From a bacterium (GTDB taxonomy: Bacteria > Hydrothermota > DG-26 > JAUXAN01): a stretch of 64,000 nucleotides of DNA. Positions 40,151 to 48,060 of this stretch are shown in pieces. Location: the NCBI GenBank assembly GCA_030619885.1, contig JAUXAN010000001.1, forward strand, positions 75,474 through 139,473, written 5' to 3'. A program made the translations under genes and the position numbers. Positions within the stretch are counted from its first letter, which is position 1. Each line of letters begins with the position of its first letter. The notes under the pieces are model-generated. The model was not told the origin of the DNA. It was given only the letters and a program-made list of their open reading frames with translations, and made no database searches.

Positions 40151-40621
40151 ATGGGTTTAATGGAAGAGTTTGAAGAAGTGTATACGAAGTACAAGGTTAA
40201 AGTTTACAGTATCTGTTACAGAATGATGGGTAGTAAAGAGGATGCTTCTGATATTACTCAAGATGTGTTTGTTAAGGTGTATAAAAAATTGAATACTTTT
40301 AAGGGTAATTCCTCTCTTTCAACTTGGATTCACAGAATTACCGTTAATCTATGTTTAGACCGTTTACGAAAGAAAAAACTAATCCCACTTTATGAAAATA
40401 TTTCTGCTCCATCGCCCAATCCATGGCTCAAATCAAGCATTGAGAGGGCTATACAGTCCTTACCCCCCGGCTACAGAGCAGTCTTTATTTTACATGATGT
40501 TGAGGGGTTAACCCATTATGAAATTGCAGAAACATTGGGGATTTCTGATGGCTCATCTAAATCACAACTTCATAAGGCAAGAAAGCTTTTAAGAGATAAG
40601 TTGAGGGGGGTCTTATTATGA
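40151..40621 (+). CDS. ECF-family RNA polymerase sigma factor
   Basis: Sigma-70 region 2 (DITQDVFVKVY, WIHRI) and region 4 (HYEIAETLGIS.GSSKSQLHKARKLL). Confidence 0.88.
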   Translation: MGLMEEFEEVYTKYKVKVYSICYRMMGSKEDASDITQDVFVKVYKKLNTFKGNSSLSTWIHRITVNLCLDRLRKKKLIPLYENISAPSPNPWLKSSIERAIQSLPPGYRAVFILHDVEGLTHYEIAETLGISDGSSKSQLHKARKLLRDKLRGVLL

Positions 40622-41106
40622 GATGCGAAGAAGTTAGTGAAAATCTCTCTTTCTATATAGATGGAGAGATCAAAGGCAAAATGAGGAAAGATATTTCGAT
40701 TCATCTTAAAAAATGCGAGCGATGTAAAAAAGAGGCTTCCGATCTTAGACTCATTAAAGCAGAAACCCGTTCTTTGAGCCCAATTGAACCTCCTGACTGG
40801 ATATGGTTTAACATCAAAAATACTCTCTGGAGGCAAAGACTTTTTAAACGAGTATTTGCTATAGCGTCAGCCGCATGTTTGGCTATCGTGATAGTGGGGA
40901 GTTTATTCTTTATAAGAACTTCACAGAAAAGAGCAAAAACTGACATTGCATTTGAAAGACTGAAGACATTGGATGAAGCGATTGAAGAATGTAGAGAATC
41001 TTTGAGGGTTAATCCAAACGCAAGAGTAAGAAAAACACTTTATGATATGTATAAAGAGCAGGTTAAAACTATAAACCTCATATACTCAGAAGGTGGGGAA
41101 CAATGA
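40618..41106 (+). CDS. zinc-finger (zf-HC2) transmembrane anti-sigma factor
   Basis: ATGA start overlaps the sigma-factor stop. C..V...L..YIDGE......HL.KCERC pattern and one TM helix. Confidence 0.75.
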   Translation: MRCEEVSENLSFYIDGEIKGKMRKDISIHLKKCERCKKEASDLRLIKAETRSLSPIEPPDWIWFNIKNTLWRQRLFKRVFAIASAACLAIVIVGSLFFIRTSQKRAKTDIAFERLKTLDEAIEECRESLRVNPNARVRKTLYDMYKEQVKTINLIYSEGGEQ

Positions 41107-41981
41107 AAAGGATAGTTTTTTCCATACTTATAATTGGGTGTGGACTATTAGAGGCACAGCCTTACGGTTCATTTGATGATTTAACGGCACAGTTAGACAG
41201 TCTTACATATCACCTGGACAGTTTGCACAAAAACTTGGAGGACAGATGGCTTTACTCTAAAAAGATTCGATTGAAGGGGATAGAAGATGTCTTAAAAAGG
41301 CTTGAGAATTTAGAAAGCGTACTTCTATGGAAGTCGTCATTTAAATACGAGACTATAAAAGAATTTAAACAAGAGATTAAAACAACTCGAGGAACCCCTG
41401 TTTTCATATACCACAAATTTGGGGACATTATTATATACGCTTCCGATTCTGATGAGTTAAAAGTTGATGGTGTAATTGAACTCGTTTCCAAATCTCGGGA
41501 GATTGCTAAAGAATATGCCAAAGAGATAGGTATTAAAATTGAAGAATCCGAAGACAAAATCAAGGTAATAACTCTTTCTCCTGTTAAATCTTTGCCAGCA
41601 GTTCATTATCAAATTAATCTTAAAATTTTATTGCCAAAATGGTCTCCAGTAGTTGTCAGAAACTCTTTTGGAGATGTAGAGATTGAAGGTATAGGAGAGA
41701 GGTGTTCTGTTAATACAAGATTTGGCAAAATTGGTCTGAGAGAAATCAAAGGTCCCATTGAGGTAGCTAATAAATTTGGAAAGATTGAATTGACTCTTCC
41801 AGATGAGGTTTCTTGTAATATTTCAGCAATGACGACTTTTGGTAATATTGAGACCGACTTGCCACTGAAGATAGAGCGCGATAGGTTCATATTGAAAGCT
41901 TTGGGAGTTATAGAAGATGGAAGGATTTGGATAAAGCTTAATGGGAAAAATTCTGATATTTATATAAGGGTTTTGAAATGA
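41103..41981 (+). CDS. DUF4097-like beta-helical lipoprotein (putative adhesin / envelope-stress module partner)
   Basis: Lipobox LIIGC. Repeated FG.IE/FGKIEL beta-solenoid-like segments. Genomic context follows the ECF sigma and anti-sigma. Confidence 0.55.
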   Translation: MKRIVFSILIIGCGLLEAQPYGSFDDLTAQLDSLTYHLDSLHKNLEDRWLYSKKIRLKGIEDVLKRLENLESVLLWKSSFKYETIKEFKQEIKTTRGTPVFIYHKFGDIIIYASDSDELKVDGVIELVSKSREIAKEYAKEIGIKIEESEDKIKVITLSPVKSLPAVHYQINLKILLPKWSPVVVRNSFGDVEIEGIGERCSVNTRFGKIGLREIKGPIEVANKFGKIELTLPDEVSCNISAMTTFGNIETDLPLKIERDRFILKALGVIEDGRIWIKLNGKNSDIYIRVLK

Positions 41982-42044
41982 GATTGATGTCGACGGAATT
42001 TACCTCTTAAAAAACACTCTATATATAAAAAGGAGGTGATGCAG

Positions 42045-42851
42045 ATGAATAAGAAACTTTTTTTAATCATCCCATCTTTGCTCCTTCTCTGTTTGCCGGA
42101 AGTTGGTGCGGCTAAAGATGAGAAAGCTTATTTAGGGGTTGTATTGCACAAAGTTCCATGTGAACTGCGCAAGGAATTGAACCTCAAACACTATGAGGGG
42201 GCTATAATAGATGAGGTTGTTGAGAACAGTCCTGCAGACGATGGTGGACTTGTGGAGGGAGACATAATTATAAAGTTCAAAGGTGAGAAAGTAAGAGGGG
42301 TGAACCACTTATCGAGACTGATTAGAAAGTCAAGCCCGGATGAGAAAGTAGAGATGGAAATTATGAGAGATGGGAAGAAGAAGAAAATAAAGATAAAACT
42401 CGACAAGAGAGAAAAAAGCGAAGTGGAAATTTCTATCCCAAAAATAAAGATAGAGGAATATGAGAAGAAAATTCGTCTTCCCAAAATAGAGATTTGTATT
42501 CCTAAACGAGTCTGGCTTGGAGTCAATGTTCACCCGCTCAATGAGAATTTAACTAAATATTTTGGGGTTAAAAAAGGCGTTCTCATACTTGAAGTTGAAG
42601 ACGATTCTCCTGCCGAGCATGCTAAAATGAAACCAGGAGATGTAATTATCGAAATCGATGGGGAGAAGATAGAAGAGGAAGATAACATAATAGAGATTTT
42701 AGATGACAAAGAAGAAGGCGATAGTGTGAAAATAAAAGTGGTGAGAGAGAAGAAGGAAAAGAAATTCGAGGTAAAATTGGAGCAGAAACCATCTTATAAA
42801 CATTGGAAATGGAGACCAATGAATTTCATTTTTCCCTTCGGCAGAGTTTAA
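42045..42851 (+). CDS. secreted tandem-PDZ-domain protein with no protease domain
   Basis: Signal peptide. Two PDZ-like segments (GVVL..V...........EGAIIDEV...SPA...GL..GDII, and GV.VH.L.....YFG.K.GVLILEV...SPA....K.GDVI). Start taken at the second ATG (42045), using the GGAGGT spacing. Confidence 0.65.
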   Translation: MNKKLFLIIPSLLLLCLPEVGAAKDEKAYLGVVLHKVPCELRKELNLKHYEGAIIDEVVENSPADDGGLVEGDIIIKFKGEKVRGVNHLSRLIRKSSPDEKVEMEIMRDGKKKKIKIKLDKREKSEVEISIPKIKIEEYEKKIRLPKIEICIPKRVWLGVNVHPLNENLTKYFGVKKGVLILEVEDDSPAEHAKMKPGDVIIEIDGEKIEEEDNIIEILDDKEEGDSVKIKVVREKKEKKFEVKLEQKPSYKHWKWRPMNFIFPFGRV

Positions 42852-43030
42852 CCGTGAGGTAGAATCCTTATAGTTGCACCTCCCTGGTTTTGGGTTAAAT
42901 CTTCTAACCTTTATTGAATACCGAAAACTTGGGGGTTGCAACTTTTTCATAGGTAATCCTAATGCCAAATAGTAAGGGCAGGCTTTGTGCGTCTCCTTTT
43001 TTCAATCTCATATAAATCGAGTCTAATCTT

Positions 43031-43280
43031 ACTTTCTCGCTTTCGCACGAAAGCGAGAAACTGTGGTTTCAATCCCCTACAAGTCGGGTCTTCCATCTTC
43101 GCCAAGGCTCCGACGGATTAATCCACCATAGCGAACAATAACTTCTGAGAACCGTCCCGCAGTGGTAAATCACAAGTGTCATTGCGACCCCGACTGGTCG
43201 GGGGAAGCAATCTCCTATCATTTTTGCATTCCATCATTCTAACAATCCCACTTTCTCGCTTTCGCACGAAAGCGAGAAAC
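43031..43280. mobile_element. candidate IS200/IS605-derived palindrome-associated element (PATE-like): two identical 31-bp blocks, each containing a perfect 28-bp palindrome, flanking 190 bp
   Basis: actttctcgctttcgcacgaaagcgagaaac occurs at 43031-43061 and at 43250-43280. The palindrome is tttctcgctttcg-ca-cgaaagcgagaaa. No ORF lies between the copies. Confidence 0.35.
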
Positions 43281-43588
43281 ATGAACTATGGTGGGAGAAA
43301 TATCAAATTATAAAAGCCTGACTCCCAAGGGCCAATGATGCCCTACAGGCTACTTTAACCCTAGGGGTGAAAACGCTCTTCTAAAAAGTAGCCTGTCCCC
43401 TTTATTTGCTGATTCGAAGTCCCACCCCAGGGGTGGGACTCTCGACCATTTTGGGATTTTCGGACAGCCTGCTGACTTTAATTTAACGATAACTTGGGTA
43501 AAATAAAGTTGGCAGTGACAGGGTACCTTCCTCCCAAGAGCGTCATTACCCCTCCATATTATTGTTGTCAAGTGTCAAGATTTGACCC

Positions 43589-43627
43589 TATTTGTGTATT
43601 TGTGCTATTTGTGACTATTTGTGACCC
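43589..43627. repeat. tandem TATTTGTG(A) direct repeats (4 units) next to a doubled TTGTCAAG box
   Basis: The sequence is ctatttgtgtatttgtgctatttgtgactatttgtga. Confidence 0.6.
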
Positions 43628-43656
43628 CTGTTCCCAGAGAGCACACTCCATCGTTA

Positions 43657-44760
43657 TTAATGGAGATTTTTCTCAGGTGTGGACCATAAGTTTGCCCATC
43701 GCTTTTCTCCTCTCCAATAAAATTCAAAGAAGTAATGTCCTCCTTCTCTCTCAAATCTCCCTGTCTGTGATAATTGGGTATGCAGAGGAACTACTTGCGT
43801 TAAGGTATACTCATTAGTATAATGATTATAGGAAAATTTCAATCCTACCATTCCATAAGATAAGTGCCAAATAAACCAGTAAGGACTTTTCCCCTTGATT
43901 CCACGTTCTTCATGTGGTTTGCCTAATTTATCTAAAATTTCTTTCATACTTTCTCCTAATGAAAACTCTGCATCTTGACAGCGAATACATGGCGAATCTT
44001 TAACTCTCTTTACTTTATATTTATCTTTGTCCATACGCATACATTTAGTCATATGTACATCTTTCGAGATAACTCTACCACATCTTGGACACACCTTTAT
44101 GATACCCGTCTTTATCTTAATGTACTGATGTTTATAACATCTGCCTTTTCTTATTTCATGTGTGTTATATTTGCTTCTGTACATATGTCTATATTTCTCT
44201 TTCGTTGTTATTACCTTATCAGCCTTTAAAAACTTGCCGCAAAATTCGCAGTTTCTTACCTCTCCCACAGGAACCTTCACTCTTTTATTAAGAAATTTCA
44301 TCCTAACGAGAGCGCTATCCTTGAAGGTTTCTGCTTTTTCCCCTATTTTCACAACTTTCTTATAAAGAGAATCAGCGGCTAAAGGTTTTACTGCTGATGT
44401 TCGTGGTTTTTCATAGACTTTCCCTAATCCATAGAACCCTTCAGCTAATGTGAGAGAATCTATTATTGAATCGCATTGGCAACTTTGGATACCTTTCTTA
44501 TACATATCCTCGGCTAAGGAATCATTTTCTTTGATTTCTAAGTATAACCTCCCTAATTCAAAATAAACTTTGTCTCTATCTTTATAGTCAGGAAAGCGTT
44601 CTAACATCGTTTCATAGAGGTTAATTGCTTCGTCCCAATTATGTGCATCCTCTTTTTCCTTTGCTTGTTCCAGATAATCTTCGGCTTTTTTACATCCCAG
44701 TAGAAAAACAACTAACCCTATAAAAAATAAATACAATATTCTCACAATATACTGTCTCAT
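43657..44760 (-). CDS. hypothetical lipoprotein with TPR-like N-terminal region and two CxxC...CxxC zinc-ribbon modules
   Basis: Lipobox FLLGC. CEFCG...CPRCG and CMRMD...CIRCQ cysteine pairs. No homology recognised. Confidence 0.5.
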   Translation of the reverse strand: MRQYIVRILYLFFIGLVVFLLGCKKAEDYLEQAKEKEDAHNWDEAINLYETMLERFPDYKDRDKVYFELGRLYLEIKENDSLAEDMYKKGIQSCQCDSIIDSLTLAEGFYGLGKVYEKPRTSAVKPLAADSLYKKVVKIGEKAETFKDSALVRMKFLNKRVKVPVGEVRNCEFCGKFLKADKVITTKEKYRHMYRSKYNTHEIRKGRCYKHQYIKIKTGIIKVCPRCGRVISKDVHMTKCMRMDKDKYKVKRVKDSPCIRCQDAEFSLGESMKEILDKLGKPHEERGIKGKSPYWFIWHLSYGMVGLKFSYNHYTNEYTLTQVVPLHTQLSQTGRFEREGGHYFFEFYWRGEKRWANLWSTPEKNLH

Positions 44761-44834
44761 CTTTACCTCCCTTTCGATTTATAAAGCCGGCGACCAATTT
44801 CTTTCATTCCTTTATTCTCATCTCCTTTTTTAAC

Positions 44835-44957
44835 CCCTTAAACAAAAAGGGGCACTCACATTGCTCAGCCATCCGTACGGATGACTACCGGACTAGGGAC
44901 TTAGGAGCAATAGAGCACCCCGATTTTATCGGGGCAGCTCACTTGACCCTAGTCCGG
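44835..44957. repeat. GC-rich multi-hairpin palindromic element centred on the 14-bp perfect palindrome CATCCGTACGGATG
   Basis: ccccttaaacaaaaagggg hairpin. An imperfect ~70-bp palindrome around 44870-44883. A nested ccggactaggg...ccctagtccgg pair with an inner ccccgattttatcgggg hairpin. Confidence 0.6.
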
Positions 44958-45116
44958 TTTTACCAAGCAAGTGAATTGCGAATTTAGATTTTCAAAGAAC
45001 TAGCATTAATCTTATTTACAAGAATATAGTAAATACAAAATTTTTGTCAAGCAAAATGTGAGAACCCTATGTCAAAACTTGAACCTGTAGTTTTGTAATG
45101 ATTCATCCACGGAAAT

Positions 45117-45731
45117 CTATCGCCCTATTGGATACTTTCTTATTTCTTGGTCATCACAAGACTGCATTTCATCTTTCCGTCTATTCCAGTCAGCTAGATA
45201 GCTAGCCGAGCCAATGTGATACTTTCTGGCATTAAGCACAGCGAAAAAATGAATGCGCCATTTCAGGAGTTTGCAACTGAGGACACTCTCTATTTGACCT
45301 TCGTATGGATATTGCTCCAAGTCCTTTGTTGAAAGCGGCATTTCGCCCTTAAAGTTTGCCAGAAAGGTTGCAGTCTCGTCGTCCGGTATGAAGTACCGCT
45401 GTCCCACTTTGTCAATGTAAAATCGTCTGCTATGCTCATCGCGCACCACCTGTCCCCGCAAGATGACTTCTCTGACTTTCTTGACTTCCTTATGCATACG
45501 TTCCATCTCAAGTACTCCGAGGATCTTGAGTCGTGAAAGGAATGGCAGAAAAAGGATGCCAATTCCTGCAAATAACAAGAGAAGGACATTGTTATCAACT
45601 ATGAATTCCTTCTTTGTTAACACCAAATAGAGAAATAAAAAAACAAAACACAACAGTGATAAGGCAATAGATACAATAAGTAGATGTATGTTATTCTTCT
45701 GTTCTTCTTGTTTGCCTTTATTCTGTGTCAT
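45117..45731 (-). CDS. hypothetical two-TM membrane protein with a ~120-aa cytoplasmic C-terminal domain
   Basis: Two hydrophobic helices at aa 15-65. Function unknown. Lies inside the accessory island. Confidence 0.45.
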   Translation of the reverse strand: MTQNKGKQEEQKNNIHLLIVSIALSLLCFVFLFLYLVLTKKEFIVDNNVLLLLFAGIGILFLPFLSRLKILGVLEMERMHKEVKKVREVILRGQVVRDEHSRRFYIDKVGQRYFIPDDETATFLANFKGEMPLSTKDLEQYPYEGQIESVLSCKLLKWRIHFFAVLNARKYHIGSASYLADWNRRKDEMQSCDDQEIRKYPIGR

Positions 45732-45848
45732 ATCGGTCTCCTTTATTCCAGATTCCTATAATGCAATTTCATTTAATATCTCGCATATTTAAGAAGTTGT
45801 CTAAAGCAACTTGGCAAAGTGTCGCAAATATGCTGTTCCGCAAAGTTG

Positions 45849-46514
45849 TCACACTTCCCTTGGTATATACATGCCATCTGGATACGGAAGTTTACTATTA
45901 ATGTATCGCAGAAATTTAAGGTATCTTCGCACGTCGGCGAAGAATTCGTCAAAAGTCCCAATGTCTCTGCTCTTGTAGGCATGAATTGCGTTTCGTCGTT
46001 GTTGGATGTGCTGAATCCACATATCCCAATCTTCACCCCAGATTCTTTTCCTAAAGAACTGACGCATTGGTTCCAGTTGTAAGCCATCGGGGTCTATCAA
46101 TTTTTCTTTCTTCTTGATTGCTTCGACATCGTTGTTGTAGTCTTTATACCAAACAGACAAGAACAACTTCATAGTTCCCTCCACAAGGCTTCCTAGGTTG
46201 GCCCACGCCAAGATCAATCGGCCACTCTCATTGTCTGGAAGAGGTTCTACAAGCCAGATTTTTAGACAGGCTGAGAGGGAGACCTGCCAGTCAATCCGAG
46301 ATTTGCTCAACAGTTGTGCGGCTTCAATCGGAGCCCAACCGTTTGCTTTTGTCCAAAATTGTCTTAAGCCATTGTTGAGGGTAACGATACGGTCCACGAC
46401 TTCATCGATGGATATCTTCTCATCTAGTTCAACCATAAGATCACTGGTTTCTTCAAGAATTTTGCCCAACCCATTTATATCCGAACTCGTTCGTATATAC
46501 TCCTTTTTTACCAT
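45849..46514 (-). CDS. hypothetical all-alpha protein with a possible C-terminal R-x4-H (HEPN-like) motif
   Basis: Start trimmed to MVKKEY, immediately downstream of a TTGACA-17-TAAAAT promoter. Q(R)RNAIHAY motif near the C-terminus. Assignment is speculative. Confidence 0.4.
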   Translation of the reverse strand: MVKKEYIRTSSDINGLGKILEETSDLMVELDEKISIDEVVDRIVTLNNGLRQFWTKANGWAPIEAAQLLSKSRIDWQVSLSACLKIWLVEPLPDNESGRLILAWANLGSLVEGTMKLFLSVWYKDYNNDVEAIKKKEKLIDPDGLQLEPMRQFFRKRIWGEDWDMWIQHIQQRRNAIHAYKSRDIGTFDEFFADVRRYLKFLRYINSKLPYPDGMYIPREV

Positions 46515-46632
46515 AATTTTTATTTTAAAAAATATTAAAAGTTTGTCAAATATTTCTTTTAAATTTTTATGTAAGCAGATTTGATACCTTCCACATTTTT
46601 TCAAGAGCTGACTCCGAAAAATTTAATATTTA

Positions 46633-46908
46633 TCAATAGGTTTTTTGTTTGTTATACTTGGGCGGTTTACCACCATGCTGTCTTTGATACCTTTGTATTT
46701 CCTGTTTTTCCCGTTTTTCAGCAGAATCCCTTGTTAATGCAACAGTAATAATATTTATGTGTGTAAAAGTGAGACCAGCATTGGCATTTTCGATTGCTCT
46801 CCTATTGGGATCATTTGTAATTCCATACTTGACGACTTCCTTGCCGTCTTTTAGTTCGTAGACCCGGGTATCCCTTTTAGATTCTTTGAATCTTCTGTAT
46901 GCCATCAT
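46633..46908 (-). CDS. GIY-YIG nuclease-family small protein
   Basis: RVYEL.DGKEVVKYGITNDPNRR fits GIY-(x10)-YIG spacing. 91 aa. A consensus sigma-70-type promoter (TTGACA-18-TATAAT) lies upstream. Confidence 0.6.
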   Translation of the reverse strand: MMAYRRFKESKRDTRVYELKDGKEVVKYGITNDPNRRAIENANAGLTFTHINIITVALTRDSAEKREKQEIQRYQRQHGGKPPKYNKQKTY

Positions 46909-46981
46909 TCCTCCTTTTTAGACAACCCTCAGATAAATGGTGTCAGTTCTGCCCAAGTTCTTATATTTCATAACCTTTAAT

Positions 46982-47011
46982 ATTATATCAATAAAAATAG
47001 CATTTTGTCAA
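46982..47011 (-). promoter_or_regulatory. consensus sigma-70-type promoter of the GIY-YIG gene
   Basis: Minus strand reads TTGACA-aaatgctatttttattga-TATAAT. Confidence 0.55.
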
Positions 47012-47088
47012 TACCCCCAAAATTGAAGATAGGCTAAAGGTGAAAAATTGACGCTGTCCCTATTTTCTTAAGATACATTCTGTTATTT

Positions 47089-47523
47089 CTATAGCCGCTT
47101 GTACAGTGGTAAAATAATGGGGGGCAATCCGAGTTTTACAATAGTACTATGAATAAACTCTCTAGCGTATGGCCAACTGTTATGTGGCACATTCATGTCT
47201 TTGAATACAGCAAATATATCCTTATTGATAGTTTTGCTTGAAGAGTATATCAATAATAACTCGAAGTTTATCTTAGCTATAATACTATCTTTGTTGTTCT
47301 CATCCACCATTTGATATTTAAATTTATGTGAAATCTGAAAAGATTCTGTTCCTTCATTAATCAGTTTTATATTATCAGTCAATCTGTTCTGCACAGCAAA
47401 ATTCTCAGGAATATTTTCTGGAAATACCTCTATAGTTGCCTTTTTTAAATATATATCCTCTATCTTGAGTTGTTTAATAAACTCTCTATAAACATCCGGC
47501 TTTACTTTAAATCTTTGCATCAT
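47089..47523 (-). CDS. SecB-like chaperone (TAC-system chaperone)
   Basis: 144 aa that align along the full length of E. coli SecB. The best segment is VPHNSWPYAREFIHSTIVKLGLPPIILP against SecB [27 protein letters not shown]. It is the third gene of the hicA-hicB operon. Confidence 0.75.
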   Translation of the reverse strand: MMQRFKVKPDVYREFIKQLKIEDIYLKKATIEVFPENIPENFAVQNRLTDNIKLINEGTESFQISHKFKYQMVDENNKDSIIAKINFELLLIYSSSKTINKDIFAVFKDMNVPHNSWPYAREFIHSTIVKLGLPPIILPLYKRL

Positions 47524-47532
47524 TATCCTCCA

Positions 47533-48060
47533 TTAATATGCTATAGCTTGCACTTCTCTACTCCTTACTGTCTGATCCTGCAAAGATTCCCTATATTCTT
47601 GTTTCACTTCCTCATGTTTGTGCAGGACTACTATTTTCATTGGTTTCCTTAGTATGCTTTCCGCAAAACGCCAGAGTAGAATTGCAGTTCGATATCTCTC
47701 AGAATTTAAAGTCAAAAGCATACAAATATAAGAATTAAGGCTTGTCCCTTCCTGTCGAGCACGTTCTACTAAAATTCCATGCAAAGTTTTTGGAATTCTA
47801 ACAACAAAACGACCACTATATAATTCATCCTTTTTAGGTAATGGTACTTGTCCTCCTCTTTCTAAAGTTCCCTCAATCCAAGCTCTTTTAGCTCTATTTA
47901 ACTTCTCAGGGATTTGCTCCAATGTTTTTGCATCGCACATACACCCATGAAGATCTATTACTTCCACAAAATATCCACCTTCTTCCATTTCTTCAATCTT
48001 AACTGGGTACTTCAATGACATATAATAGTCAACCAGTTTCTTTAATTCTGCTTTATTCAT
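47533..48060 (-). CDS. hicB: HicB-family antitoxin (HicB RNase-H-like domain plus RHH DNA-binding domain) with a C-terminal extension
   Basis: YPVKIEEMEEGGYFVEVIDLHGCMCDAKTLEQ is the HicB N-terminal domain. GRFVVRIPKTLHGILVERARQEGTSLNSYICMLL is the RHH. About 50 aa of extra C-terminal tail. Confidence 0.8.
   Translation of the reverse strand: MNKAELKKLVDYYMSLKYPVKIEEMEEGGYFVEVIDLHGCMCDAKTLEQIPEKLNRAKRAWIEGTLERGGQVPLPKKDELYSGRFVVRIPKTLHGILVERARQEGTSLNSYICMLLTLNSERYRTAILLWRFAESILRKPMKIVVLHKHEEVKQEYRESLQDQTVRSREVQAIAY

Noticed and set aside
43033-43279. CRISPR array, considered because of the identical repeated blocks
   Set aside because: Only two copies, 190 bp apart, each a perfect palindrome, and no cas genes. 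This is not CRISPR-like.
42852-43650. Considered tmRNA, RNase P RNA or a tRNA in the 800-bp non-coding stretch. It contains a CCACCA sequence, a GCGAACAATAAC... tag-like frame and many hairpins.
   Set aside because: No tRNA-like T-arm (GGTTCGANTCC) next to the CCA, no GGGG 5' end with matching acceptor pairing, and none of the RNase P P4 consensus. The features are better explained by palindromic repeat elements. No tRNA-like cloverleaf was found anywhere in the window.
43350-43817. ORFs 43350..43571 (-) and 43494..43817 (+)
   Set aside because: They overlap repeat DNA and the 3' end of the lipoprotein gene, have no RBS and no homology, and are likely non-coding.
45773-46087. ORFs 45773..46087 (-) and 45819..46082 (+) overlapping the 221-aa gene
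   Set aside because: Alternative-frame overlaps of a better-supported ORF. No start signals.
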